Part shown: piece by piece, positions 13,101 to 27,347 of the stretch
Layout: each line of letters opens with the position of its first letter
How positions within the stretch are numbered: position 1 is the stretch's first letter
Origin: Azolla caroliniana
Lineage: Eukaryota; Plantae; Polypodiophyta
Length of the DNA: 64,000 nucleotides
Reading direction: 5' to 3'
Assembly: GCA_043228905.1 (NCBI GenBank)
Contig: JBHGNT010000014.1
Span: 1,426,001 to 1,490,000 of the forward strand
The notes under the pieces: model-generated
Databases searched by the model: none
Seen by the model: only the letters and a program-made list of their open reading frames with translations
What the model was told of the DNA's origin: nothing
Made by a program: the position numbers and the translations under genes

Positions 13101-14134
13101 GTCTTTTTACCAACACAGCTCAAGATGGATCACCCATCTTCCTCATCATTTACGTGGACGACATGCTAATTTCTGGACGCCACGCGGGCGAACTTGCCGA
13201 TCTCATTCGGCAACTGCGGTTGAAGTTTGCCATGAAGGACCTCGGTCCGGCACGACACATACTTGGCATGAAGATTAGTCGGCATCGCGATAAACGACAT
13301 CTTTTTTTGTCTCAGACCGACTATATCGGACGTGTCTTGGAACGCTTCAACATGCAATCAGCCAAATCTGCTTCAACCCCGCTCCCCATGAATCTTCGGC
13401 TCTCTCAGCGAGACTGCCCGACATCCGGTCCGGAGGGGGAAGATATGAAGTCGGTACCGTATGCACCGGCAGTCGGCTCCCTTATGTACCTGATGGTCGC
13501 GACACGGCCTGATATTTCTCATGTCGTAGGAGTCGTTAGCAGATTTATGCACAATCATGGCCGATCGCATTGGAACGCAGTCAAGCATGTGTTCAAATAT
13601 CTGGCTGGCACAAAAGATCACGGCATTCTTTTCGGTCCGAACTCAACCTCAGGCGTAGTCGGTTACACCGACTCGGACTTCGCCGGCTGTATAGACAGTC
13701 GGAAATCAACAACCGGATACTGCTTCAAATTCGGCAATGGAGCAATTTCGTGGAAGTCGAAACTTCAGGAGTGCACAGCGACCTCAACGACCGAAGCAGA
13801 ATATGTAGCTGCGTCCGACGCTGCAAAAGAAGCTTTGTGGCTCGGCCGGCTGGCGCACACGTTTCGGCAAGTCGACCATGACTCGGCTCCAGTTGTCTAT
13901 AGCAACAGTCAAGGTGTTGTTGCCTTGTCGAGAAATCCGGTTCACCACAACGCCTCCAAACATATCGACGTTCGATATCACTTCGTTCGGGACTGCGTCA
14001 TTTCAGGGAAAATCGGTCTAGAGAAAATATCCACAACCGACAATGTCGCAGATGGAATGACCAAGTGTCTTTCGGCAGACCGCTTTCGGTCCCTTCGGCA
14101 TCAGATGGGCGTAACGACAAACCAGTCCGGTTAG
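10103..14134 (+). CDS. Copia gag-pol polyprotein (Gag-CCHC-PR-IN-RT-RH); one TGA at 10139-10141, open from ATG 10181
   Basis: 1317-aa ORF with CNYCKKPGHIKADC, WLLDSGAS, HSDVCG/DNGGE, YVDDM and STTEAEY. In-frame upstream ATG at 10103. Confidence 0.93.
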
Positions 14135-14806
14135 AGCCGGACACAGCGCAGGATGGTTTCAGACAACCGACATCAGTTCCCTAATGATCGGCTTCAACTC
14201 TTCCGACCCGACCAGTCCGGTCTTCTGCCTTCGGACCCTGCCGACTCGAACAAAACTGATATGTCCGAGAACCTAGGTTTACACCTGTAATCTTAGATAA
14301 CCCATGTATACGCCCATTACGGGGGAGTGTCGAATACAAGTGTATAATGGACGTATTCACACTATCCCTTTGTATAGATCAAGTTTGGGCCATTTGTGTA
14401 ATTAGCATAAATGGTAGTTGCCCTAAGTCGGTCACTATATATAGTGACCTTGTAACCTTTTTGTAAGGTTGGTTGTATTATTGTTTCTATTGAATAGGAA
14501 GACTCTTTTGTGTCTCTCTCTCTCTCTCTCTCTCTGTGCACGATCTTAGAAACTGTCATACGCAGGTACTCAACTTGAATCGAATGCTATTTGATCTTCC
14601 GCATTGACGGCCTTGTCCCAAACAGGTGTGTCCTAAGGTGAAGCACTTATATCCAATACAAAGTCATCCTCCAAATGCATTCTCAGCAGTCTTGCAAATA
14701 CAACACAAGAAAATATCTTCACTAATTCAATTATGGCACTGCCGGCTTGGGCATGTACACTAAACGATAATGGATATGCATTCGTTACTGTTGCTGCATT
14801 AAGTTT

Positions 14807-17800
14807 TCAATAGTCGACACATACCCGAATCTTTCTATTCTTTTTCGGTACAACTACAATCGGGCTCAGCCATGTAGCTTTTTTCACAAGACGAATAAAC
14901 CCTACCTTAAGTAATTTATCTATTTCTTCTTTGACCTTAATTGCATAATTTGGATTCAGACGATACCTACGTTGTTGAACCGGCTTCGCATCTTTATGTA
15001 GATTAATTTGGTGTTGACAGAAAGTTGGATCCAACCCTTTCATGTCTTCGAAGGACCAGGCGAACACATCCTTATACTGTTTGAGTAAGCCGATTAATCG
15101 TTGCTTGTCGGCTAACAACATATCCTTGGCGATCAGTATTGTTTTTGGTTCAAGCGTGTTATCTTCCCCAGCTAAATTTATCTCTTCCAATGCCGAAGCT
15201 CGGACTCGATGAGATACTTTCATTTCTTTTTCAGTAGCCTCCTGCTGAAGGCGGATTTCTTTCATTGTTTGATCATCAAGTGGTAAGTCATCTTGTGGAT
15301 CAACATATGATGTAAGAGCTTGTAATATGTCCACTTCGAACAAGGGAATAATTTTTGGGTTATCATTAAAATAATTATTCTCCTCCACTTCGTCCAATCC
15401 TTCCATCATATTGACTTCCTCTACATGAACCGGCAAACATTACCTACTTGTAGAAATCTTATTTTGGGTGGATACCCGAATTTTATTTTTTCCTTTCCGG
15501 AATGTTAATAAATTCTTATTCCAATTTTGCTTAATATTGGCAGTCTTTAACCATGGCCATCCTAATAGCAAAGGATATGCTCCAGGAGCCTCCAAATGAA
15601 GCACTACTGCTGATATTTGAAAAGTGTGACCACCTAAAACGACATCTAATTGCCTAATTAATCTGATTGGTCGCACCGTACTGGTATTGGCCATTCTTAA
15701 CCAGAATGGACATCCTTCCCATTTAGTGATACCAAGCTTGTCACAAGTAGTTTTGTTAATTAGATTTACTCCTGATCCACCATCTACAATAGCGCCATCT
15801 ATTTGTTGGCCATGGATTATCACTCTTATTGATGGATTCTGCTCATCCATAATTGTCGGACTATTACTTGGCTGACTATAATTAACTGCTACATGTTCTA
15901 TCCCTTTCTGGGCAATCAAAGTTGCCACTTTCTCCGTAAACTTTGGGACTAGTTTCAGTAATCCCGTCAAGGGTAATGACACTTGGCAATCAGCCAAGAT
16001 TTTCCAAGCTTCCTCATGTTCTTGTACTGCCATTACTCCTGGTAGCTCGTTAACTTGGTTTACTTCATTATCCTGTAGCATCTTGGACACATTATTTTTA
16101 TTTGCTTCTTCCACCCATTCCTTGGCTACTTTTCTAACAACTTCCTGGATTTCCCATTCTGATTGTTTACCTTTACTTCTAGTAATGACCTGTTGAATTT
16201 CTGGTATCACCATATTAACGGCAGGTGCTTTTCCTTTGGTTTTAGACGGACATTGATTTGCATAAGTCCATCTTTCCTAGAAATATAGCAGTTAGGAGTG
16301 AATGATCCACTGCCTTCACCCTGTTCATATTGTGGACATCCATCCGGATGTTCTCTCTGAGAATCATGTTGAAATTGTCGTGACGCTTTTGGCTTATAAA
16401 AATATTTGTTGTTGGATCGATTCTGTTTATTGTTATAACGACCCCCTTGTTGTTGTTGACTACTTTTATCCTGCGGTGCTGAAAAATCTTGATCCCGATT
16501 CTATCGATAATTATATTGTCAGGCGTCCTCTTGTGTTGGACCTTGATTATCATTTCTCCTATAGTCATTCCAGTCATTATTTGGTCGCCTTTCCGAATAA
16601 TTCTGATTATCATACCGGTCATCCTCCTGATATTGATTATTGAATCTATTACGGTTATCTTGGTAACCCTTTTCCAGAAAAAATTGTCGTACCGGCGTTG
16701 TTACTTTGTTAAGAAAATTATATTCACATTGTTCTACTGAATGGGCCTTAGAGTGACAGACTGTGCAATGTGTACGTAAACTACACTCAATTGTCGAATG
16801 CCCAGTATTCAAACAAATAGTACATTGTACTGCTTGGCGAAACTATAACTCTTCCATAGTTGGCAAAGTATGATGCAATGTTGAAATATCCATACTTCTT
16901 ACAGTTTTTGGATTTCAACCCATAGCAATGGCCTTATCAATCACTTGCTCAATTGACTGATTTCGGACATCGAACACCACTAGTGTCGTTCGTAGTGGTT
17001 CCCAAATTGCTTCTAGAAAGATATCCTTTAGTTCGTGATCAGGAATCGGCCTGGAAATTTGTAGCTGTAGATTCTGAAAGCAAATGACAAATTGTGACAC
17101 CTTTTCATTGGATTCTTGATATAATGCATAAAATTGAGCTATCAGATCCTTCTGAGGAATCTGTCGATGACACAATTGAAGAAATTTTTTAGTTAATTGT
17201 TTGAATGTTTCAAATGCTCGGAAACCATTCTGAGCAAACCAATTTGTCGGTTGGCCATCTAATGACAAAACAAACTCAGCTATTTTAGATTTATCCTTGA
17301 CTGCAGTCGATAGTCGCTGAGCTCCATGGTTTATTTCCCATGTTGTTAAGAAATCCCTAATATGCGCTTCTGCATCGGCGCCTTCTCGAAATTTCAAGCA
17401 AGGGTAAGGCATATTGTCTTCACTCCAAATATCATAAAATGATACCTCTTCGGACTAATCTCCGTCTGACTGTCTATCAGTTAAGTTGGGAACTAAAGAC
17501 CACCTCCAACTTGTTTCTTGTTGTACCACCGCAGCAGAATCCTCTTTGACACGGTTTGTAACTGAACGTGTAGGAGGACGTTTACGATCAACTAGTGTAT
17601 CCGGACCAGACGACAATACCATTTGACTTGTTCTCTGGTAATTAAAGATGTAACCGGGCATACCAAAATTATACTGTGTTGTTCGGCCGACAACCGACTC
17701 TGTTGTCGACACACATCAAAGTTCAAATGTTTCATACTGAATGTTCTATCAAAGAATTGTGGTTGTGCGAATGGATACTATTACCGTATGAGATGTACGG

Positions 17801-18384
17801 GTGATTGATAAGTGTGATAAGTGAGGGTGAAAGATATAATGTGTTGATACCTATGTGTAATGTTATACGATTATGAGTGTGGTGGATACAAAGAGGTGTG
17901 AGTGAGTGACTAGGTGTGAATGCCCAAGGGGCTTGCACCCTTGTGTATCTACCCTTTTGTACCTATTTAACCCCTTATGGGGAATGAATGAATACAAGGA
18001 ACATATTTCTCTCTCAATCTCTCTCTCTCTTGTCATCTCTCTTTCTCTCCCTCTTCCCTAACGTTGAACCCCCTTGGGAGGGGGGTGGGGCCATTCTAGG
18101 CACCACCCCCCACCCCACAATGCTTCTCAACGCTTGTCAACATCTTCATCATCTCTCTCACCATCATACTCTCCATTATTTTCATTATTACACCATTACC
18201 ATTCATCCTCATCCTCTACCCTAACCCTAAAACCTACAACAATACTGTAAGGAACACTAATAAGACAGAGAAGGAATTAGTACTAAAAGATGAGGATTAG
18301 TACTAAGGGAGGTGTAGAACTCTCAAAAGAAGGAAAGAGTGAGTGAGTGAGTGGGTGACTAAGTGAGTGAGTGAGTGAGTGAGT

Positions 18385-18415
<31 letters not shown>

Positions 18416-18638
18416 GATAACAAAAGATATATATTATGTTAAGAGAATATACAAAAGTAGCTAGGAGTCTTAAGACTGGCGTTGAACCGATTTGGTTCGA
18501 AATAATGCCTTGTGCCTCCTTTTATAGTGTTCTCAGGAGTACTCCTGAAGTTTCTAAAATGTTCCAGAGAAATCTGGAATATACATCAATTTTCTATAGT
18601 AAAACTTAAATGAAAATAATATCCTTCATATTACAACA
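14807..18638 (-). mobile_element. AT-rich Ty3/Gypsy (family B): gag, PR and RT start, 3'-truncated; probable LTR 18246-18638
   Basis: ORFs 16915-17412 (gag), 16519-16812 (Zn knuckles), 15440-16213 (VDGGSGVN) and 14807-15436 (SPIVVVPKKN..RVCVDY). TGTTGTAA...TTACA with minus-strand TATA at ~18522; LTR limits uncertain. Confidence 0.8.
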
Positions 18639-18700
18639 TATAGTCTAATGGTCAAGAGCTCGACCCATGTAACATAAGGTCATGGGTTCGAGTCTTGCCA
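18639..18700 (+). other. tRNA-like / SINE-head fragment
   Basis: A-box-like TAGTCTAATGG and B-box-like GGTTCGAGTC at tRNA-like spacing; no full cloverleaf. Confidence 0.4.
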
Positions 18701-19173
18701 TATCATGATAGCAATAAAGTACTCCGAAGTCACGATCAATATTGACTGAAGTAGCTCGAAGGAAATCGTGAAGAACACATCCAAACAATTAGCGAAGTTG
18801 GAGCAAGTCCCGGGACAACCGAATTTGCAACTATTGGAAGAAACCCGGGAACTCTCAAAGCCAAAAATGATAAAGCTCAACGAGCTGATCAAAAGAGTGG
18901 CCGGCATGAGGAGGTCAATTATGTCGGCTCCTCAACTGAAGTATTGTTGACCAACCCGAACATACGATACATTGAAAACCTAGTCAAATCAGAAGTTCTG
19001 CTTACGACTGAGGAATCGAGCACATGGCTCTTGGATTCGAGTGCATCCTACCATGTGACCCCTCACAGATCCTAGTTTCGGAAATATTTGGTCTGACACT
19101 CCAACTCAGAACAAGTTGGAAATTCGCAGCATTGCGCTATTATCGGAATCAACACAGTAGAGCTTAAACTTCC

Positions 19174-22100
19174 GAGAGTTTGAGGAACGCTTCGCGCGCC
19201 TCTCGGTGCTTGACCGGACCGTTCTGGACACAAGTCGTGTCCTATTGTTTGTTAAGTCAGTTGATGAGCGGGATCGGGAGCAGGTAGGCCTCCTATTGGA
19301 GACTGATGACGGGCTGACGGCCGACTGGGCCGTGGTGAAAAGGGTCTGTGGCCGTTTCGACAAACGACGGGAATGGGTTGACAAAGGATCGACCAGGGCG
19401 GGCTCTGTCACAACGAGGAAGCTCGAGGCAACGCCACCAACGCGAAGGGAAGAGACCCGAGATTGGCTCGAGACCGGATTGGCTTCGACCGGCATGATCA
19501 AGGGCTCGTCACGTGGAGACCGTCCACTACTCGGCGTCAGCTGGTATTCGGGTCGGAGGTGGTGAGGCCCCGAAGACGAGCAAAGTCGGGTTCTGGCCGA
19601 CGATGCTAGAAGGCCTCGCCGGCGTACGACTAAGGAAAGAAGAGGCGGACCGCGCGGAAAAACGGGTCTGGGAGGTGATCCGGTGGAGTGACCCGGTGGA
19701 AGAAAAGACGGGCTTCGTCGAAGCCGCTTGTCAAAACTACGAGGCTCTGGTGGAGGACCAGCAGGTAGGGAAACCGGAGGGGCCGGGCCCTCACAACGAT
19801 ATGAAACTCGATTCGGGCAAAGATGAAATGAGGCCGGTGTAACCGGCGCCCAGGATAATCCCAAGAGGGGCGGGTACCCCGGCTGGGCACAGAAATCGAA
19901 AGATCCACGGACCTGCGAAAGGTCCTGGAAGAACGAATCCTCGACAGCAAGGTGGAACTGTCGCTGAGGGAAGTGCTCGGGATCGCCAAGAAGGAGTTCC
20001 ACGACTCCATCGTAGACTTGGTGAAGAGGAAGAGGTTGTCGACGGAGACAGAACCGGAGAAGCCGGTGGAGGTGCAGACGACGCACATAGAGGACATGGC
20101 GCTGGAAGACGAGTTGGCGGAGAGTCACTATTCGCAGCCGCACTGGGCCAGAGCGACCACGGAGACCCCCGTGAAGATCGGAGATGTTCATGAACCGGTG
20201 GTGGCGTTGGTGGACCACGGTTCAGACATCAATTTGATATCCTTGGACTTCTATAAGAAAGGGAAATGGCCGATCAACACCAAGCATGGGTGGAAAATAC
20301 GGGCAACGACGCGTGCCACCGAAGAACTGCATGGAGCCTGCCCGAATGTACGAGTGAAGATCGGCGATGTCGAGATTGACCAGCACTTCTTCGTGCAGGA
20401 GACGTCCTCACATCCGGTTATACTAGGAGAACCGTACATCATGGCAGCACCGATGGAGACCAAGGTGTTGGACAACGGCTCGGCCTATGCAAGGGTCAAG
20501 AGCCAGGATGGGCGTCACTCGGTTCAGTTCCTGACGGGGAGACCGAACCATGAGCGGAACCGAAAGACCCTCGGGGCGAAAGCCGAGAGGATTTTTAGAG
20601 AGGGCTATCAAGGCGTGGGGCTACGATAGTCCGGACACTCCGGGAAAACCCCACAAGTGTACGATAGCAAAGAAGACTTGTACTATAAGTAGGAAATTTT
20701 GGTTCTCCGACAACGGAGGGTGTACGATAGTCGACGTTGTTGGCAAGAAGAAGAAAAGGGCGGAGGAGCAACTTCGGGCATGTGGTACCCTCGGTCTTGG
20801 AGAGGAAATCAACGGAGCCGTGGAGGTGGTCTCTTTCGTCGATACCTTAGGGGAGCTGCGAGAGGTAGTCGGAGGAGTCCTTAAAGAGGACCGGACGATT
20901 CCGGTATGTTCGAAAAGGATGTACGAAGTCATCGCGGACTTCAGTAGAGGGCTCGAGTCGGATCAGACGGCCCGGGTGGACACGAGGTACAAGACTGTGG
21001 ACCGGAAGGTGAGGCCAGTCGCGGCTCCCTTGCCGGAGGGCAGCGAATTGCGAATAAAGGGGGTTGCGTCGGACCCGAGTTTACGAAATCCGGCCCGCAT
21101 AGGACACACGTTCACCGACATAACGCTACGCGAGCTCAAAATCGGTGGGGGCGGCTTCCTACTGCTGGCGGAAGAGGACCGTTTTCGGGGAATGCTCGGA
21201 AGACACGGGAAGGCTTTCGCATTCTCACCGGAGGAGATCGGGTGCGTAGACCCGACAGTCGTGGAACCGATGGTTATATTCACGGTACCGCATGTGCCGT
21301 GGAGTCTCAAACCGATTCCAGTACCTAGAGCTCACATCCCAAATTTGATGGAGCTGTTAAAGCAGAAGGTCGAGATGGGAATCCTCGAACCGTCGAGTGC
21401 CCCATACTCGAATCGGTGGTTTACCGTGCCGAAGAAGGACGGAACGCTGGCTTTATTCAAGACCTGCAGCCGGTCAACAAGGTGACCATTCGAAACGCAG
21501 GAATCGGACCGACAATAGACGAGTTCGCGGAGGCCTTCGCCGGAAGTTCGATTTACTCGGTCGGTGATCTCTACTCGGGGTACGATCAATTCCAGCTAGC
21601 CATAGAGAGCAGAGACATCATGACAATGCAAACTCCTCTCGGCCTAGTACGGATGTGTACCCTACCACAAGGAGGGACGAACTCGGTGGCTCACATGGTG
21701 AACGCAATGAACAAGGTGCTGAGGGATTGTATCCCAGACATCACCAGGTCGTTTCTGGACGACGTCCCGATCAAGGGATGCTCGGTGGAGGAAAGGGACG
21801 AGACGATCGGACCGGACCGGTGCCGGAAATTCGTGGCGACGCACATCGATGACTGCGAGAAGGTGTTGCAGAGGTTGGAGGGCGCGAGGCTCACCTTCTC
21901 CGGGGGAAAATCGGCCTTCGGGCAATCAGAGATCATGGTCGTCGGACACCTATGCGGGTCATACAGCCGGAAACCGTCTCCGGCTAAGGTAGAAGCCATC
22001 TCCGCGATGAAGGACGATTGTAGCTTGGTCACGGAGGTTCGGAGGTTCTTGGGAGGGTGGGCGTTCTACCACATTTGGATCCCGCATTACGCTCACATCA

Positions 22101-25100
22101 CGGAGCCGTTATACGGGTTGCTGAAAAAGGGGCGAAATTTCGAGTGGAGAGACGAGCATACGGAGTCTGTCCGACAGATGAAGGAAGCACTTGCCGTAGC
22201 TCCGGCGCTCCGAAAGGCTGTCTACGGAAAGGACACTCCAATTTATGTAATGATAGACACGAGTCCGACCGGGATTGGATGGGTCGTCAACCAAGAGGAC
22301 GAGGACGGCATTCGTTTCCCGATCCGGTTCGGCGCGAAGGTCCTTAGCGAGCGACAGCGAGGATACGCCCAGGTTAAACGCGAGCTCTGGGGTATCGTTT
22401 CGGCGGTAAAGGCCGATAAAGACTACCTGATCGGGGCAGAGGTAATTATCGAGACGGACTGCCTGCCAATTCTTGGCATGGTTTCCGGATGCGCGACGCC
22501 GGACCTGGCAATGCTCAGGTGGATAGCGTACATCAAGTCCCTGAATCCGGAAATACGACACATTTCTGGGAAAGACAATGCCATGGCCGACATGCTTTCA
22601 AGGGCGAGGTTCGAAAACGAGGGCGGCATGGTTTCGGAGGACGAGGAAGTCGGCGTGGACTTGTTCAAGGCGGCTCACGTAACAACCGGCAAGGAATGCA
22701 CTCCAACGCTTAATGATTTTGTCGAGAGCAAGTACGACGGGGAGTGGCTGCAGATCGGCGGGTTCCTCAAAACAATGACACCGGACGCGGCATGGACAAC
22801 GGACGAGGCCAACCGGATTCAGAAGAAAGCCTACCGATTCTTTCTCCGGGACGGGTACATATGGAAGCACCCAAAGAAGAGGAACGGCATCCCGCTCCGA
22901 GTGGTGGCGAAGAAGGAGGAACATGAGGATTTGCTGGCGGCGTACCACGATAGTCCTTGGGCTAGACACCATGGAATGTGGGCCACGTTCGAAAAGCTAA
23001 AAGGGAAGTACTGGTGGTCGGGACTATACCGGGACGTGCATCGGTTCGTGACGACTTGCGAAAGCTGCCAGGTCCACTCCATGATCCGACACCGGGACGA
23101 GCTCCACCCGACTTACCCTCCGACCGTCCACTTCAAATGGATGGTGGATTTGGTGACGATGCCAATGGGGGTAGGACAAATGCGGTATCTGGTGCTGGGT
23201 CGGGAGGATCTAACAAACCAGGTTGAAGGCCGAGCCCTGCAGAACAAGACGACTGCATCCGTATGCCGGTTTTTGATTGAGGACATGGTATGCCGATACG
23301 GGTGCGTAGGGAAGATCGTGGCTGACCGTGGTGAGTTGGACGCAGAAGAGGCCGAAGAGTTGTTCGACCGACTAGGAGTCAAACTTTCGCTCACCAGAGC
23401 GTACAATCCGGAGGCGAACAGGAAGGTGGAGCGCGAACACAGGCCAATTGTCAAAGCGCTAGTACGGGTGTGCGGAGGCCAAGTCGGGAACTGGCCACGG
23501 CTGCTACCTTATGCCTTGTGGGCGGACCGGACTACACACAGTTCGGTAACCGGGTTCATGCCGGCTGAGCTTATGTTCAGACAGAAGCCAATCATGCCAA
23601 TACAGCGAACGATCTCCTCGTAGGCCACAGTGGACTGGAGGGATGAGATGAGCCGGGAGGAACTGTTGGCGGCGCGGATTCGATAGCTCGAGCGGAGGCC
23701 GGAGGACGTAGAGCGTGCCGCGGAGAAACTTCGGGTAGCGAGGATAAGGAACAAAGCCCGGTTCGACCGAACACACCGGCTCCGGCCAAGGAAGATCGAG
23801 GAAGGCGATTGGGTGCTAGTCTACAACAGCAGCCTCGACAATCAGCATAGGGCCACGCAGAAGTTTGCGAGGAGGTGGTTCGGGCCTTACGTAGTAACAA
23901 GCGCCAACGGCAATGGGAAATACCATCTCGCAGAGCTCGACGGTACGAGAATGGCAATACCGGTAGCAGGGAAGAGGATCAAAGCATTCAAGAAACGACA
24001 CAATGGTGAGTCGGAGCTGGGGGGCATGGACAGCAACGACGAGCAGCCCGAGGCGGAGGATGAACCGGTAAACGAGGAATAAAAGCAAGGATCGGTTTTC
24101 TCCCGTAGGAACCCAATTTTGGCGCATACCGGTGGATGCGCGGTTAGGTGGGGGCGGATGTCGTGAAGAAAACCGTCCCCAGGTGCAAACCGTGTATGGT
24201 GTGTGTGAACCGGCCCTTACACGTGGGCACGCCCCTTGTTGTATAGTGGATAGGTAGGCACAAAGGTCAAATCCTAGGTAGCAATATTCTATAGGGGAAA
24301 TCGAGGAGTATCTCTGTCCGAAAGGACAGAGAATTAATGTGATGTAAACGAGTGAAATGGCCTCCCTCCTTGAGCTATAAAAGAGAGGGAGACAGGGGAG
24401 AAAAGGTATCGCGCGCTAGAGGGGACGAAGTGCTGTCGGACTGGGACCGAGCTCTTCTCTGTCGTTCTCCATAGCTTTCTTTTGCGCAGGCTCTCAGGAG
24501 GCTGATCCTGCTCCGTGGAACACCCGTGTGCTTCCGGCAGAATCTCCATCTTGCTCTCCTGTGTGCGTGGGTGATCAGGCGCCGACATCCATCTCGCTGA
24601 CCTGATCGGCTGTAACCGTTCGAGTCGTCTGCATATATACAAATACATACACATATTTATATACATACGCTAGCGTTCTCAACTCGTGTCTCTTGTGTTG
24701 TTGGGCCGCGTCCCCGTGCGCTTCTTTGTCTATACGTGTGTGAGCGTCTCTCGCTCTCTCTCACTCTCTCTCTCTCTCTCTCTCTCTCCCTCTTCACGAC
24801 CTCCAGGGTCACGAAGGTCAAAAAGAAATTACAACATAGGAAGTCCATGGACCACACAGGATTGCGAGCAGAACACATCATATACGCGAGAGAGTGCCTA
24901 GCTCCCTTGCTAACTCTAATCTTCAATCGTGCCCTTGCAGAGGGTTTTCCATCACAATGGACCATGACCACAGTGGCCCCCATACATAAAGGGGGGGACC
25001 CCATGGACCCAAATACTTATAGGACCATTATGATAGGTCATACCCTTGCTAAATTATATGGTGCAGTAATGGAGGCAGAGCTTAGCGAGTATATGGAGAC

Positions 25101-27347
25101 CTTAAATCTTCGTGCACCTGAACAGGCTGGCTTTAGACGAGCCTTCTCCACTATTGACCATATCTTCACACTTAGATGCTTAATTGACCAGACTAAGGCT
25201 CGCAAGAAGAAACTATATTGTTGTTTTGTGGACTTCCGCAAAGCCTTTGACACGGTCCCTAGAGAGCGGTTGTTTGATAGGCTTAAGAGCTTGAGGATAC
25301 CAGATGACATGGTTTGGGCCATCTACGCACTATATGAACAAGTGTCCAGGTGTGTTCGATGCCCAAGCGGCATATCCGATAGTTTCACTAACACTATTGG
25401 TGTAAAACAAGGTTGCCCCTTATCTCCGACTCTTTTTGGGATCTACATTGATGAGATCACAGATTTTATTGCTCGTAAGGGAGGCAATGGAGTAGTCCTT
25501 GGGGATACGCAGGTGCGTATCTTGCTCTATGCAAATGACATAGTTTTGCTCTCTGAATCCGAACATGACCTACAAAGGCACCTTAATGCCTTAGATGACT
25601 TTTGCACACAACGAGGATTGGTAGTGAATCTAGGGAAAACTAAAGTCCTTATCTTCCACACGTCGGCCCAAGTTAGAGCTAAGTGTCACCTAACTATCTC
25701 CCATAGCCCAGTTGAGGTGGTTGGATCATATGTCTATCTCGGAGTCACTTTCAGTGCCCACTCAGGTAAATTTTCGATGACACAAGCAGCGAAGGATAGA
25801 CTTACAAGAGGACATGCATCCCTCTAACTCCTCGAGAGACAATGCCACCAAGCATACTTCCAAGAGCCACGAACTAAAGGGTGGCTCTTTGACTCATTAG
25901 TGACTCCCTCTCTCATGTATGCATCAGCGGTTTGGGCCCCAGGACTAGCATCTTTCATGTGGACGCAATTAGAGAGACCATTGGTGATGATGTTATCACG
26001 CCAACTCTGAAGCAAATCGTCGGTCCCACATGACATTATTAGGGCTCAGTTCACTCTACCCCCTATGTTAGTAGAAGCACTTTTTCAACTGGTAGTCTTT
26101 ATACACAGGATACATAACCAACCACTTGATAGAATATCCCACCAAGCCTTTAAGGCTTCTCGAGCATTGTATGAGTCCGGCTATACTGGCTCATGGTATG
26201 GCATGATGGTGAGTTGGCTTCTTGCCAACGGTCTAGACATTACTAACCTCCCCCCCCCTTAAGTACGACCACACGAATGATAACACTTTACTCTCTCATG
26301 AGGACCGTAATAAAGTAATACGCCAAGAAATATGGCAAATTTATACTCGGTATAAATGGATCACCCCACTAGAGCCACTCCCATCTAAAATGTCGTACTA
26401 TAAGGAACACTTTATGCACTTCTCTGAGTTAGGTTTTATCACGCGCCCAAAATATCTAGATGTATTCTTACCACATGCACTAAGGGTTGCCATTGGTCAA
26501 CTTAGAATATCATCTCACCAACTTGAGATTGAGAATGGACGTACTAATGGAGTCCCTAGGGAGGAAAGGATATGTAGGTTATGCCACATAGAGATAGAGG
26601 ATGAGTACCATTTTACATGCAAATGCCCCACCTATGCCGAGATAAGGGCAAAATACCAAGACATACTTGGTTCCTCTCCCACCCTCCCTAAACTATTAGA
26701 TACACTAGATATAAAGAAATTAGGTAGATACATCTTAGAATTGAAACAACACAGAGAGAACAAATTACAAAACGTTGATAATAATGTTGCTAATGTTTAC
26801 CAACATATAACAAATGAAGTTTTTCAGGAACAGGGGGAGACAATGAATGTCGACACACCTGCACCACTCGGACTTCTCCTTGATGAAGCAGAAAATCAAA
26901 GAAGAACCAAACGCCCTCGGATGCCGGGTTTCAAAGCAACTCGACGAGATGTAGAAGCAATAAAGAAAATAAGGGAACGTGAACTACACCGCCTAGAAGC
27001 CATGGCTAGGGCACTCTATGCATCGGGACCATGGGTCACACCCACACCAAAAACTTTTGACCTCCCACTTCTTTTTGAGAGACTTGGGTGGAAATGAGAT
27101 TAGGCTTAGTGCAAAGTTTTGTACACTACTAGAACTTTCTTAGCTTAAGCTATTTTCTTTTATTTTTAGTTTTGATGATTGGATAAACACTCATTTTTGT
27201 TGTAACCTATTTGTCTCATGGGCCAAATTTGGCCTTAGAAGACGTTAATATATCTTTCTTTCTTTCTTCTCACCTATTCCTCGGTCCAAGACCCCAGTGG
27301 TCCTGCCTTGTTCTCAAGTCCTTTGATCTCAGTCGGAGAACGTGACA
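19174..27347 (+). mobile_element. Gypsy A copy 2 (5' LTR and gag start deleted; 3' LTR 24159-27347 interrupted by a LINE)
   Basis: ORFs 19952-20629, 20550-21485, 21416-23623 and 23813-24082 are homologous to copy 1. LTR starts TGTCGTGAAG at 24159. The U5 motif GGTCCAAGACCCCAGTGGTCC...CGTGACA resumes after the LINE. Confidence 0.88.
24801..27270 (+). mobile_element. 5'-truncated non-LTR retrotransposon (RTE-X-like) with (TTTC)n tail
   Basis: QAGFR, FVDFRKAFDTV, GVKQGCPLSPTLF and LLYAND (RT); C-terminal SSHQLEIENGR..ERICRLC..EDEYHF..CP; microsatellite tail at 27253-27270. Confidence 0.85.

Larger units (their letters stand above)
9109..14624 (+). mobile_element. Full-length young Ty1/Copia element 3
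   Basis: 297-bp LTRs at 9109-9405 and 14328-14624, about 3 differences by eye. TSD GGTGT at 9104-9108 and 14625-14629. PBS TGGTATCAGAGC; PPT GGGGGAG. Confidence 0.97.
7836..14806 (+). mobile_element. Ty1/Copia element 2, decayed gag-PR-GAG-pre-integrase, split by Copia 3 (pieces 7836-9108 and 14625-14806)
   Basis: LLSKLPESWNTFV (gag), WYLHTGATHH (PR), NVYYVP; resumes after the TSD with LWHCRLGH. Confidence 0.8.

Noticed and set aside
19106-20218. 370-aa antisense ORF and many other antisense ORFs over Gypsy A
   Set aside because: These are shadows of GC-rich coding strands. They are not conserved as open frames among the three copies and carry no motifs.
24791-24800. TCTTCACGAC as the 3' end of the copy-2 LTR
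   Set aside because: It lacks the terminal CA, and the conserved U5 motif and GACA end appear after the LINE at 27282-27347.
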